A stretch of DNA of 62,255 nt, filler included, from Choristocarpus tenellus KU-1152 (Eukaryota > Protista > Phaeophyceae), in assembly GCA_964200185.2 (NCBI GenBank). It is 8 parts of 8 records of this genome, joined end to end, with 100 filler letters (N's around TTAATTAATTAA, not from the genome) between each part and the next. Parts side by side here need not be neighbours in the genome. Positions count along the whole stretch, not along the records: positions 17,125 to 28,154 come from CAXNAD020002555.1; positions 28,255 to 39,172 come from CAXNAD020002626.1; 6 more parts are not named here. One strand, given 5' to 3'. Made by a program: the position numbers and the translations under genes. A model generated the notes under the pieces. The model did not search any database and was not told the DNA's origin. It saw nothing but the letters and a program-made list of their open reading frames with translations. Shown piece by piece: positions 24,901-37,932 of this stretch. Position 1 is the first letter of the stretch; the number at the start of each line of letters is the position of its first letter.

Positions 24901-26807
24901 GGAGGTTGTCTCGTTTGGTGTAACTGTTTCCTTTCGTACAGCTCTCCTACCTCCTCAATATTGTTATCATTGTTAATATTATTATTTTTACTACTACACA
25001 ATCATTCTGTATATGAACATTTATCACTATGTCGGCATAGCTCATGTTAACCTCTCTCAACTACCTGGATAGCATGGATACAGGAATTGGTGAAATCATC
25101 AACTAATTATTTAATACTCCCAAGGTACTTATTAGACTACATACCCGTTTCCCAACAGCTACCCTGCAGGTGAGACGTATCAGGGCAAGTGGAAAGCTTC
25201 AACAGAGAGTACCGTTGTCATGGTCTGGGACAACAGCTACAGCCGTTTTTTCTCCAAATCTTTGGCGTACAAGGTGATATTCCTACTTTGTTCTCCTTCT
25301 GCACGCACATTCACACTTCCAGTCTATCGCCCCCTTTAGCTCTGTCTAACATTCAGAATGTTAGATAGTATGGTCACCTGGACAATAATCATCATTTTGC
25401 ACAAATGAAAGTGGCCGGAAGTGATTGCAAGGATTTCCATGGCGCATTGTTGGGTGCACATGACCATGTATCTATGTGATGCGCTTCAAAGTACAGGGTA
25501 CATTCTAAGTCGTTTAGAGTATCTACTAGAACTGGATAAACTACATTTGTGCATGTTAGAGACAGCCCCCTAGACAGGAAACATTACCAAATATGGATAA
25601 GCCAAATATGGCATGGCCCACCCCATGGACCCACTGGCAACCAACCTCGCTCAACTCATCTCATGCCTCACCTGCATCGTAACTATAAGACTTTTTTTGT
25701 AAACATGACTAATGGTAATTTTGTGTGCGCCATGCCATCTACTGTAGCTCCGTTGCAGTGTCAAGTAGTGTTTCAAAGTATCCTTCTGGTGATATGGTCA
25801 CTGTACTGTGATCCCAAATATCCCGCAGCCCCTACCCCCCTCTTCGCACCTTTACTGCCCTCTTCCCACTCCCACATTCTCCTCTCAACCATGCTACAGC
25901 AACAAGAACGATTTGTTGGACATCTTGACTCCCTTTCATCGCCCCACCCTTGCTTCTAGTGCTGTTCACTCCCCAATACCACCTCATTCAGTACAATGGC
26001 ACAAGGAGTGTTGTAACTACAAGATGTCAATCGATATGTTGCACTCTATTGGGTTCTCTTTCCCTCCTCATGCTTGTACTTCTTGCATTTTCCAACCTGT
26101 GCTTATTGTAGGTGAAAGTGATCCAGCCTGGCACGATAGAACTACAGAAGTCAAACTTGATGCAGCACCCGCAGGAGGGAGAGTGTGGAAGCAGCAGCAG
26201 TGGTACCTATGAGGCCAAGTTGCAACACGAGCAGAAGGAACCTGGAAGTGTCAACCGCGGAACTTCCCCCACAAATGACACTAATTGTACATCTACAGCT
26301 GTACCACCATCATCTGTAACTCACATGGAAGGTGTAGCACTAGAATACTTGAAGGGAAGTAGTGATGTTGAGGGTGGAAACATCAATGATGAGGAGGAGG
26401 AGAAATGCACGACCAAGATCACTTTGTTTGATGTGCCTGTGGAGGACTCTTTTGCTCAGGATGAAGAAGAGCAAATGCCAGAATACAAGACACAGGAGGG
26501 TCCTTTGACAGCACACGTCAACAACATCAATGATAGGAGGAGAATCAGGGAGGGTGAGAGTGCCCATGACGATGAGGTAGCAAGTCACCAGATAGACCTG
26601 AAGGGCATGGAGGAGCAGAGCTTGAGCGGTGATGAAGGCGAGGGCACAGGTAGTGGGTTGATAGAGTGTAGGGTCCCACATCATTCATTGCCGGAAACTA
26701 TCCAGATAGAAGACTTTCTTGCTAAGCCCTGGGGGCGCAAGTTACCTGTGCGACCCACTGTAGGTATTAACACACAAGGAAAGGTGAAACAGAGTGTAGT
26801 AGGATGA
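18956..26807 (+). CDS. GOLD-domain protein with long disordered N- and C-terminal regions, about 860-885 aa; 3' end uncertain
   Basis: Exons 18956-19609 (GC donor), 19885-20598, 20837/20840-20977, possibly 21417-21491, 22229-22411, 24424-24506, 25159-25273 and 26112-26807. Spliced peptide GCSLCWEFRVK-DHDLGFTLRL...YQGKWKASTESTVVMVWDNSYSRFFSKSLAYK-VKV is a typical Sec14L/ACBD3/TMED8-type GOLD signature. Confidence 0.78.
21951..22212 (+). mobile_element. MITE family 1, copy A (about 260 bp)
   Basis: Termini GAGTGAAAGTAT...TACCCTCTAAGATACTTTGACTC; flanked by TAA/TAA; intronic. Confidence 0.9.
22750..22925. repeat. diverged tandem duplication, unit about 91 bp
   Basis: GG(TCG/CCA)CCTGGAAG...TGAGCTGCTTGTG...AGAAAT..CTCAT...GATAGTCA occurs twice. 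Confidence 0.75.
24011..24268 (-). mobile_element. MITE family 1, copy B
   Basis: Reverse complement of copy A; flanked by ACA/ACA. Confidence 0.9.
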
Positions 26808-27186
26808 TGAGTAGTTGTAAGCGGAGTGATAGGGTGGCTACGGTTTCAAAGCTCGCACTCACTGCTCTGCCATACCTCCTGTTCATATTTTTATGTGGCG
26901 GTGTAGATCAGGTAGGGTAAAAAGTGATACCATGGATGGTAGTGAGTGAAAAGGGGAGGAGGAACCATGGCCAAGAATAGAGGCGAGAGGTGACTGCCAT
27001 AGATTGCTTGGAGCTGGGGAGATAATTCTAAGGTATATATACATATATATATATTTGTCTGAAACATAGAACTGAGCACAAGTCAATCGTTGGTGGAATA
27101 TGATGGGCATTTTCTTACGCCTTATTTAGATGTGTTGGTAAATCACACATAGTATTATGCAAAGCAAGTAAGGAGTAAATGAAGAC

Positions 27187-27302
27187 TACCACCAAGAACT
27201 AACCATACACCATCAATACCTCACCTTATAACTCACTCTACAACACCAACCAACAATATACCATCAACAACTCACCTTATACCACCAAGAACTAGCCATA
27301 CA
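27187..27302. repeat. short imperfect tandem repeats (TACCACCAAGAACTA.CCATAC; ACCATCAA...CTCACCTTATA)
   Basis: Each motif is seen twice within about 115 bp. Confidence 0.7.
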
Positions 27303-28108
27303 GTGACTCTTTTATGGGTCCAAGAGAACTGTGCGTTGGAAGGTATATGGCTAACTTTATTGATTTAACTTCATTGATCTTGACAAGAGGATGATATATG
27401 ACTGAGGATCTTCACTGGACATGAACTTGATGCCATGGACAAGGACGGAGTGCCCCCCCAGACAATAATCCCGCCCAATTGAATCTTTTCGATGAAATGA
27501 AAAATGAAAAGAAAGAAGGGAAATTAATTAAAAATATGGGGAGATATCACTCTTTTAAAATATGACTAAGTGAGAGTCTGGACAGTTACACATCTCTTTG
27601 CAAGGCCAGTGAGGAGGGAAACTAGGGCAGGGTAAGTAAAGAGACACACAGGATGCAATCTGTTTGTTCGCCTGTCTAGTCTGACTGCATTATATCTACT
27701 AGAAGAGGACACGAAACAAACTTCAACACTGCAATGAGAGTGACAGTAAAAAATCATAGTTGTAACATTACATAGAAATGTTTGGGGCCATTTTCATATT
27801 TTAAAACCAATCTATCTATCAAATATATATATATATCGACAACATTGGCAGAGTGCTGCAACGGGTTCTAGGACCTGTATAGTGTGGTGTATGATATTTA
27901 ATATATATTTTTTTTTATCTGGTTCGATGTGACATAATATATCTTTTAAATCATCTATACCTTGCAATTTAAGGCGTAAATTATATATTGTCATTCCGCA
28001 TGTGTCGTACAATCTTTAGTTCTAGGCGCGGACTGCAAGACAAAATATGAAGGTACAAGGGACTACAAAGAAATATGTTACTAGGAAGGACCACTCCATT
28101 CCTTTAGA

Positions 28109-28154
28109 GACCCAAAGTATCTGGGAGTGGGGGGAGGGGGGGCTCTACACCAGG
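28109..28154. mobile_element. MITE family 2 end, truncated at linker
   Basis: GACCCAAAGTATCTGGG..G-run..TCTACACCAGG, the same end as at 62211 and the reverse complement of 28400-28445. Confidence 0.8.
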
Positions 28155-28270
28155 NNNNNNNNNNNNNNNNNNNNNNNNNNNNNNNNNNNNNNNNNNNNTT
28201 AATTAATTAANNNNNNNNNNNNNNNNNNNNNNNNNNNNNNNNNNNNNNNNNNNNTTTGCATGCAGACCCT

Positions 28271-28445
28271 GGCTCAAAGTATCTGGGGGGGGGGGGCGGC
28301 TGTCCATTTGGGTTCAATTTGTCGAGATTTTTGGGTGATTTGGTTGCATACGTCAGATGGATAATGTAAATACACTTTTCCTGAATTTGGCCCAAATGGA
28401 CACCCTAGTGTGTAGACCCCCGCCCTCCCCCAGATACTTTGGGTC
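28271..28445. mobile_element. MITE family 2, complete short copy (175 bp)
   Basis: TIRs GGCTCAAAGTATCTGGGG / CCCCAGATACTTTGGGTC with inner inverted GTCCATTTGGG / CCCAAATGGAC. Confidence 0.85.
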
Positions 28446-29114
28446 ACCTATATGATATGATTGTTGGTGTGTGAGGGACAAGTCCATTCCTAATACAACA
28501 TTTGCCAATTTCCATTTCACCATACCACCAGGAGACTAGTTGAACAGATGCTATCACAACCTGGGATGGTGCACCCACATGCCACAAACATTTTAGGACT
28601 GCAAGAGGGATTAACACAAAGCGTTGACCCTGCGATGTGTGTGTCATACTACTACATCACGAACCAGAGAGTTGATTATGGATCACACGGGCAGAAATTA
28701 GTACTCACAAAGAGGTTTAACCATAGAGTATTGCAAAACGATTTTAGTCATACCCACAAAAGTTTTGTTGAAATGCTCACAGAAAAACTGCATGGAATTT
28801 GGTAGGGACTGGCAACATCCTCTCTGGAGATTGCAATCTTCGCCAACAAACAAAGACAGGCTATACTCTACTTCATCATGAGCACCTCCTTGAAACACAC
28901 CATCTAGTCCCAAACACTCCATGCTTTGACTCCTGCGGGTGACCTGGTCCTACTTGTGTCACCAAAACAACCATTCACTAACATGAATGCTGTAAGTACC
29001 ACCTTGATCTTGTTTGCAACCTGATAAAATCAAGATCGGTTTATTTTGATTGATACAGACTCACAATTCATATGCTTGCTTGTGTGCATGAACTTCCAAC
29101 TCAAGAGCACACAC

Positions 29115-32100
29115 CTGTATGGCCAGGCTGTTTGATACCATCTCAAATGAGTCGTAAATATTCTCAACTGACCCCTTATCCCTCCCTGGTAGATAAAGGG
29201 CAATGGGAAAGACAGCCGTCATGATTATTGTTCCCCAGAGTCCCTCCATACCAATCACAATCAGGGGAGGTGCATCGTCGACAGCCATAACTTTCTCCTC
29301 AAAGATGTATTGGCTACCCTGTGGGCATTGTGGAATGAAGAGCAGCGGGCTCAAACAACATACAAATCAAAATATACAAGCTTGTCAACAGATGAGAGTT
29401 TTGGGGAGCTGTATGTGGTGCTCACAGAAAGCTGTTCATCCACTTTTGCTATGAGTCTCCAAATGAAGCTGTAGTCAGACCTGAAGTGGGAGATGATGAG
29501 GATTATCATACTGCAGATATAACTCCACTCAGGGGTTGGAGTTGGTGCACACACCCTGGGGATGTGAGTCTTGAGGACATACCACTAGAATAGGGATTGA
29601 AATAATGTCAGGGCAGGTTCTGGAGGGGAAGGGCAAAGAGGAGATCTCAACTGAAGGCATCAAAGAGAACAGTAGAAATAGAACCTCAAACTTAATATGA
29701 ATTCCAGTCAGAAAAACTGTAAATTAAGCAGTATATATATATATATGTATCCTGCCTGCACAAGTGGTGAAACAGTCTCCATGGACATAACAACCCAAAG
29801 CATTTAAGAGGGTAGAATTTTTGCCCTGTCTGTTCATTCAGGGCTTGGCTTCCCACGAGTTTCTTATGCCCTTTTTCGGTTTTTTGTGTATGGACATTTC
29901 GGATTTCGGAGGAGGTAAAACGGGTAGGACTATGAAAGGTGTGTCTGGAGCAAGGATATTGACACTTGCTAAGAAAAACAACAGCCAAAATTAATCAAAA
30001 GAGTGAAATTATCTTAGAGGGTACAAGTTTTGCCCTGTTTGCCTGTTTGGGGCTTGGCTTCCCATGGGTTTTTATATGATATTTTCCTACTGCAAAATGT
30101 TTAGGAGTAGGTAAAATGCATACGTTATGAAAAGGTGTGCCTGTAACAAGGATGTTGACACTTCCTAACAAACATGATAGCCAAAATTACATTAAAATCG
30201 CAGCATTGGATTTATGACCCCTAAATGGACGCGGTTCTACCTTCTAAGATACTTTGGCTCAAAATCTCAACATTGGATTGATGACTCCAAACAAATGCGG
30301 CCCTACCCTCTTAAATGCTTTGACTCCGCATGGTCTCCTTGTCATGAACTCATCAGAATCAAGGTGGATACCAGGTGGGGAGCATTGGGCCCTTGTATTG
30401 GCATAGGCACTACTAAAACATCCACTGCATGAAAGGAAACCAGAAAGAGCATGTAGGAACAACTTGTTTCAAGGCACTGTAGCACCAGGCAGCACAAAGC
30501 AAAAAACACCACCAACTGACCTGAACCACACAGCTGAGAAGGATAAAAATCATTCCCAACAGAGGATTATCTGCCCCAGAAGGTTGCACATCCTCAGGCT
30601 GGACAAAATTTGTCACAGAGACCAAAAACATGGCCACAATATTGATGACCACCCCAAACCACATGTACAAAGCTAGGTGTTGCTTGAGGACAAACGCCTT
30701 TTTTCCGATCATGATCATCATTACACATCCATATTGAGGCAATGGTTGCATGCAATGCCAAGGTGGGGTCATGGACAAAAGGTAGAAAAAGGTTGTCAAT
30801 GAGGTAGAATGAGGGGTTATTCGCAGCACCTCATACAAGAGGGGAGGAAGGGACTCAATCTATCAGCAAAAAAAAGTCTGGCGCTGAAATTGATGGTGTA
30901 GTACTAAAAAATAGATATTCAAAAGTCTACTATAGCATGAGGTGACCAACTCTTACATGTACTCTCAAACACAACGAAATCAAACGTTTTGAACAAAAAA
31001 ATAAATCGGAGGGTAGGATATCCGGGGCTAAAGTTCTTGCTCTCTTGCAGATTGTGACATACTTTTCTCAACATGGCATCTCTCGGTGTGAACAGAACAT
31101 AGATCATTCCCGGGAAACAAATCACCCCCAAGTGTCTGTTAATTTAAGACTCAAGAATTTTAGGACTATTTACATGAGCTAACGTGGAAAATAACGCACC
31201 CATCTACAGTACCCAAGGTAGCAAGGAAGGTTGGCTAACGTGTGTGATGCCTTGGGTGCACTACCTAAAGCCTCAGCCCAGATACTTGTTCAGAGCCTAT
31301 AATATATTTTAACATGAAGACCAGCAGCACGATCATAACAATACACTATGTAATAGATGCCCAGCACATCACCTTGAGAAAGGCAGTGATGATGATGACA
31401 GTGCACCGCAGAAGCTGGAAGTAGCTGACTGTTGTAAAGATGAGGCCAACCTGGGCAAAGTTAGTCCCGGCTAGATCAAAGATGGAAGGCACCACCAGCC
31501 ACCACAGCACTCTGGAAGGGACAGGCTGGGCACGTTCCTCAGGTGCTTTGAGCCACTGCCTTGCCGTTGGATTTGGATTGGAATTTGGGGTCACAGGAAA
31601 AAATTACCCCTTCAAGTTGACCGTATTTTTTAGTGTCACAAGCACCCTACGCTCAGCTTCTGCTTTTTAGGAGTTCTTTTATATGAAAATATAGATACGA
31701 GACACCTTTCTTTCTTGATGTGCTGTGTTGCTAGGTTTCTATCACAGTTATGTTTCCATATGCATATGGTTGGCTACAGTATAATCTATCTCCTACATTC
31801 TCGCTGACCTCCTGCCTGTCCATTTCCTGTTGGCAGCACTAAGTCCATTTTCTGTGCTGGAAGTAACAGTGTGGGCAAATCAAAAAGTCTCAGGCAAATG
31901 AGCTGCATCTATTTGAGGCTCAAGTCACATGCCTCTATAGCAAGCAAAGATCCCTTCAGAACATAATGTAATGCGATCACCTACAGTCCAATAAAAACTC
32001 AATTTTGCTATTCATCACCCACATTCAGACCTGTTGCACGAAGTATATTGGGAGCGCACAGGCCATGGCAAGGAACATGATCCATGTAAGGAAGAGAGGC

Positions 32101-32940
32101 TTCTCAAAATGTGATACATTTCCATCAATCCCTGTCGATGTTAGCTGATATAATAACTGTGAAAGAGAGAGGTAGATCGAAGAGGAGAAAGGGGGGTTGG
32201 AGAGTGCCTAAAGAAATTTTCAGTATTTAGATAAGTAATATTTGTAAAAAAAAGGTTGCACTGAACATGTCAGTGCCATGAAATTGTAGGTACTGATCTC
32301 TTCACCTTAATGACGATGGTGCTCCCAGTACCTCCTAGTAGACCAAAGAAAAAGCTCACAGTCCCTACCTGCAGCAGTTTACCGCAAAGGAAAAAGGAAG
32401 TCGCGACGATCTGTAAATATCAGGGTGTGTGGGTTGATTATAGAGTCCAACAGCATTAAAAATTAGACACATCTACGATGCCTTCCATAATACCGCGATA
32501 GGCAAGGCCTACGCAAGGTGCCAGACTGTCCTACAACACTGAGCTGCACTACGATGAGAGGTTATGTCTGGTAGTATCATTTTGAACTGAGCAGGGACAT
32601 TTGTCCATTCTTTTTTCCAATCTTAACGCGCTAGGTATCATGAGTTGGTGGGGAGCATGGGGAATGATTGTGTGCTTAACTCGCTTTGTTCTTCATACGA
32701 TGTGTGCGCAGCGATTGCGATCCAAAAAAACACTTCATGAATCGAGTGAGGCGAGGGTACACCAGAAATGATTATAGGCAAACTGAAAGACTGGCGTGCC
32801 GCAATTGGAGTGTTGCCTAAGTGGTCACTAAAATCCACACCTCTTACATCCAGAGGGGGTGATGAAAAGAATTATCGCTATCCTATCCCATTTCTAATCA
32901 ATACTTGTCCAATGGACATCGGGGACCCACCGTGTTGCAT
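29115..32940 (-). CDS. SLC35F6: SLC35F6-like drug/metabolite (nucleotide-sugar transporter) family protein; 3' part missing beyond linker
   Basis: Exons 32940-32905 (tentative), 32368-32306, 32156-32031, 31555-31373, 30697-30521 and 29318-29115, all phase 0. Motifs HFEKPLFLTWIMFLAM, VPSIFDLAGT, SYFQLLRCTVII and QYIFEEKVM..PLIVIGMEGLWG. Confidence 0.85.
29792..30326 (+). mobile_element. older MITE family 1 variant interrupted by copy C
   Basis: Both ends carry the variant TIR AAAGCATTTAAGAGGGTAG; internal consensus resumes (AAAATCTCAACATTGG) after the nested insert. Confidence 0.8.
30001..30260 (+). mobile_element. MITE family 1, copy C, nested in the older copy
   Basis: Full termini; flanked by AAAA/AAAA. 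Confidence 0.9.
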
Positions 32941-35711
32941 GCTGTCGGCTCTGCCAGTTTATGAGCCATTGGAAACAGTCACTGATTACAGTCGTCGAAC
33001 CAGATGTAACTATCACACTTGCTGTTTGTGTCTGGAAGGGCGAGGAGGTTAGATCTGAATTCGTTTTAGGAGGGCATCTATGAACAGAAAATATGCAAGG
33101 AGGAAAGGAGACTTCATATTTGCCATGGGGGCGTCGAGGATACATGGGACCGGTTGGAATATATAGTGCAAGCGATCCACAAGAAGAAGTACGACCAATC
33201 CTAGGGACTGACAAAGAGTTAAGAGTATGCAAGGATAAGTATAACGTAGAGAAGGTGATGGTACGTGAGCTCTGCGATTTTGCCTTGACAGTCGAATGGG
33301 AAGACTTCAAGATAGCTGCATTCTTTTTTTATTCAACAGGGTGTATAGAAAAATGTGCTCCGTCGGGTAAAGGACCGTGTGGTTTCGTTCTCACACATTC
33401 CCCAGCAAGGCTTACTTGTACTATACAAATTGCAAAACCGTCGCAGCAAGTTGTCAAGATTCACTCAGATCTAAAAAGTATACCTTTGCAATTGTTGTAT
33501 TCCTTCTCACAATCTCATGTAACCGAAGGGTAAGGGAGGTACAGGAGAGAAGGTACCCACAAATTGAAGGGTGCAACCACACACAGGGTTCAACAAGGAT
33601 CAGTGGGAGTATGACAAGGGTCAAAATCCAAAACGTAAATAAATATGTTTGTGTTGATACTACACTTTCATAAAAACATACTAATTTAACTACTGTACTT
33701 ATTTATGGTGGTAGAGTAGGTATTCCCTCGAATTTTGATTCGCTAATGAAAAATATTGTAGATTGAAAAAATACTTCGTCACCATTTATTATTCTGTGAA
33801 CAGGTCTATTGACGATGTGACTGATAGTGGTATCAGACATTATTCCTTGAATATTTAGGACATAAAAATAGTAATTCGAACTAATAGTATTATCCTAACT
33901 ATATAGACATTAATTGTACAATTGCATTTTGCTTCTCACGAAATTCTACGATATTTTACTTAGAACATAATAAATAGGCATGGTTGTTTTGTTCAAAACA
34001 TTGGACCCTCTCCAATTCAGTCTTCAAAACTTCATACTCCTTATCAATTGGTTTGATATATTACTCGTCGATTGAGGATTACATTTTCAAACCCTACACC
34101 TTTAAACTTTTTTAATGAAGCAATTCATCAACGTATATGCTTCTCCTATATCTATCATCCCCAATCAATCCCCTTCATCCGAACGTGCTACTTACTCTCC
34201 ACTTAACAACAAAGTATTGAGGCAAGATCAATTTTTTATCGCCATGTATATACCAACACTGATCCAGTGTGCAAACTTTTCCTATTGTAACAAATTGTAA
34301 TTGTATTATAGTATGATCGCTTCCATATTGGTTCTTGTCTCACCAATCCACAGCATTTATTATTTATAATTGTCAGTAAACTTTAAAAACAACAATTAGT
34401 ATTCACACCATAGTAAGGGGTCCCAGATCCATGGTGGAGAGGTGTTTAAAGAATGAAAAATACAATAACCTATCATTTCATTAATACTGATATTATTGGT
34501 ACTAAATGACATTACAAGAAGGTATGGAGAAAGAAAAACAGTGAAAGGAGGTAAAGGAAGGAAGGGAAATATCTACAAAGCCAACAACAAAAAACTCCAT
34601 ACCTTTCATACACTACAACTCCATGAAGACCACCCGATCTTGGGAGAGAGTGTCACTATTGGCATCATGCATGGTTCTATACCAAAAAAAATTAGAAAAG
34701 AAAACAACTTCACTAACACGCTAGGTCCATCCAAATCAAAAACACCACTCATCACGTGTGCCATTGAAGGAAGGAGACACCGACAAATGGAAAAGCAGAT
34801 CCAGCAGATACGTTGATGAGTGTATTTGCTCGTCCTGATATATGTTAGATCTCCTTGACCTGCTCCTTTTGCTACTTTAGGTGATGCACATCACCTACCA
34901 ATAGTGTTTCCTCACAATGTCACGTCCATGAAGCTCTTTGTGTCGCTTAACACTTTATTGCCCTTGTGCTCAATCTCTCAACAGTGATCTCAGACTTCTC
35001 ACGTTTGTCTTGGGGGGACTTTCACCAATTCTTCTCTGGTCCACCTTGCTTTCATTTTCCATCTGCAAACTCCCCACCTATCAATACCTTCAGCAGCACC
35101 CATGTGTGCAACGGACCCTGTGAACAAAAGTGAGTTGATGTTTTCACACAGTAATCTTGATGCCCTCACACCCAGTCCTCGCAAGAAAAGGCGTATGTGC
35201 AAGGCAATATGTGCATAGTGCGTTCCAATTTATGAAATCTGATGCAACATGGGAGGAATTTGTGGTGGTGAGAGCGCAGTTCGATGCAGCGGACCTAGAG
35301 GAGTGTTAATATCACACATTATGTAACAGAAGCAAAGCAATTCGACTTTGACCAATCGAATCTTTAGCTCAAGTGATACACCTGTGGTTATATCATAGAG
35401 AACCTTGCTATCCTTCCAGAAACAACCCCCACTAGTCAAGAGGTAAATTAAACAGGAGATATCCAGGTTTGGGTCTTTTTGCATTTGAAGCCAGTTCTTA
35501 AATCTGCAATTCACTCATGATTCCTATGGACGAAGTGCTAAGATTAACTTTATGAGAGCGTTGATTTCGCCATTGTTTGGTACATTCGACAGGGTTTAGA
35601 AAATATCCTTTATACATTTTTTTTAAATGCAAATGTTGGTCAACATCCTTATAATGTGACTCTCGTCACCTCTCGTTTACATCGACTTGTTTTTTGACCC
35701 GTCAACTGATC

Positions 35712-36279
35712 TCACGCACTCTGATAAACTTGACAAACCACAATCGACAGGCGATCATGGTCTACTGAGTCATATGCTTTATGTAGGTCGATATAGTACG
35801 TGAGCAAAGGTACATGCCATCCCAGCGGAGCTGCTGAAGGGCATAGGGTACATAAAATGTCAACTGTGGAGCGCTGAGACCAGAAACCACCATGTTCTTC
35901 ATGGAGTATGTCCTCCTGTTCCAGGTAATACAGTAGTCGCCGTGCAACAACCTTGTTGAGGAGCACTTTGCCAGCGTGTGGCCATTAATGAGGTGCCCCT
36001 CTGTAGGTGCTGATACCCATCCACTCCTTCTTGTTGAGGAGCATTTTGATGACTACTGCATCCTTCCAAAACTGCAGAACATCCATCCTCCTGGTCCCAC
36101 ACTGCCAACATAATCTTGCGGAAAGTCTGGACGACAATCTCGTCCTCATTAAGGCCATTTTTCAGGATCTCAGCCGAGAGATTTTCTGGTCTCATCACCT
36201 TCCCATTTTCCATGGCCTGTATTGCTAAAGCCATTTCCACCAGTGTTGGTGCATTAGCTGTGTCATTCAAGTGGATCAT
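35712..36279 (-). pseudogene. decayed non-LTR retrotransposon reverse transcriptase fragment (RTE-like)
   Basis: AIQAMENGKVMRPENLSAEILK, LNKVVARRL..ILHEEHGGFWSQRSTVD and YIDLHKAYDSVDH, with frameshifts. Confidence 0.85.
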
Positions 36280-36339
36280 TGACAGTTACACGTATGGTTT
36301 CATTTTGTAGGAAGAACAACGATGATATAACGCCTATGC

Positions 36340-36830
36340 CAACTCTGCAGAGAAATAGGCATCCTTTGCACTATGGAAGATGAGAGTCCTTTTACAGTGG
36401 ACCAGAACTTCCACATAAATATGGTGTTCCATGCTGGGGCACTCTCAGGCGCTGGCTCAGCTCCCTACCAGTACAAAGGTCTCCTTCTGGATGTTGCCTT
36501 TGCAGGGGTCCAAGAAGCATGTCACTTCCAACATTCCTCCACCAGCAGTGCGTGGGTCCTGTTGCAGTTGAGGTGCAAAAGCGCACCCACTACGAGGGAT
36601 CTTTCGGCTTTCTCATAGTCTCAACTTCAACACTTTCAGGGTGGAAAAATTTGTGTGCTTTGAGAAGGAAGAAAAGATTTTCCTGGATGAATTGACCACC
36701 CATGCATGCAATAGGGGGAAGAGGGGCTTGGGGATATTGCCAGAAAGAGGTGTCAAATGCGGTTGAGACAGATTGTCTCCATTAGTACACAAGCGACTTT
36801 CTCGATACATACCATGCATTTCAAGGTAGA
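36340..36830 (+). pseudogene. decayed C-terminal restriction-like endonuclease (RLE) region of a non-LTR retrotransposon
   Basis: ESPFTVDQNFHINMV...YKGLLLDVAFA, then after frameshifts EVQKRTHY and FNTFRVEKF..IFLDEL; resembles the D..DV..E..K..Y..VE.FG layout of CRE/NeSL-type elements (recognised from memory, not searched). Confidence 0.6.
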
Positions 36831-37932
36831 GAACGCCGGGCAGGTGGGCAGGAAGGGGCCTTGACAGATTTTGGGATGGTTCTCTGATTCCTCACCCACC
36901 TTTGCAGGGCAAAGGTAGGTTAGAAGCATGTTGTGTGCACACTACTTTGTACTTCCAGTAGAGAACAACCTTTAAGGGGACATTGCTGTGCTGTTAGTTG
37001 TAAATTAGTAAAATGTTTTGGAGTGGCGTCTTAGCATTGACAACGAATACTGCTGTTGTAATTACAGTAGGCATTGTAATATACTTCGATGTAGTTTTTG
37101 TTTCCCCCTGAATCGCCTTACAGTCCAAAGAGCATAATAATATATCGTATGATACACAGTATTTTGAGTCAGACAATGACAGTTGCATGGTTGGGAGTGC
37201 CACGAAATAGTGATGTAGAGAGTAGCCCACCTCTCAATAATGATTCAGTGTGTGAGTTGTGTTTATCCCTTTGTCCAGTTTGATGACGATCCCCAAATCT
37301 TCGCAAGCCTTCAACACACTTAAGCGGAGAATGCAATGCCATTTTCCTAGCTAGAGTGGGGTGCAGCAACCGGATTGAGGGTCCGGGACAAATGACCCCC
37401 ATACTCCTTCCGGGATGGCCTCAAAGGTAAACATCATAACGTTTCCAAACCTGAACGTTGACATTATGTCCTACCTCGGGGTCAAGGGGGACCTGAACAG
37501 CTCTGGAGGTATCTGGTCAGCTTCTACTAGTGGAATTGGACAACTTCATCAAGTCAGAGGGTGTGTTGGCGGAAGATGTCTCAAAGGCCAAGAGGGTATT
37601 ATATTTGATGTTCTCACGAGGTGTACAGATGGACTGTACCAAACAATTGGGAGAAATGCTGTGTCACCATCTGGGGCCTGGCAGTAACTAAAGTCACATT
37701 ATTCGCTCATGAGGTCTGATGGTAGGGTTGTACTACCTCCGTGCCATAAGTCTGTACCGCGTTGTCCATAACTTTTGAAGATGTTCATGAAATTCATTTC
37801 TGAAGATTTGGAACCCTTGACGAATTTCTCGTTAGGTTCAGCTCTTTTTATTATCATTACTTCCCATCCATCACAATTTTTGCAGCCACAGAAAAAAGCC
37901 TCTCCATGTCTACCATCGGCATGTTTTCAAGC

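Noticed and set aside
33093-33533. 146-aa ORF divergent from the SLC35F6-like gene
   Set aside because: No recognisable motif, and candidate splice sites did not give a coherent model.
34999-35202. Weak copia RNase H-like peptide (IRLFLRGLGVRASRLLCEN)
   Set aside because: Too degenerate; the KHID motif is absent.
37000-37930. Fanzor/TnpB cargo downstream of the mariner transposase
   Set aside because: No RuvC (DPG, E..TS, RD.NAA) or zinc-finger motifs found by eye; only short broken frames.
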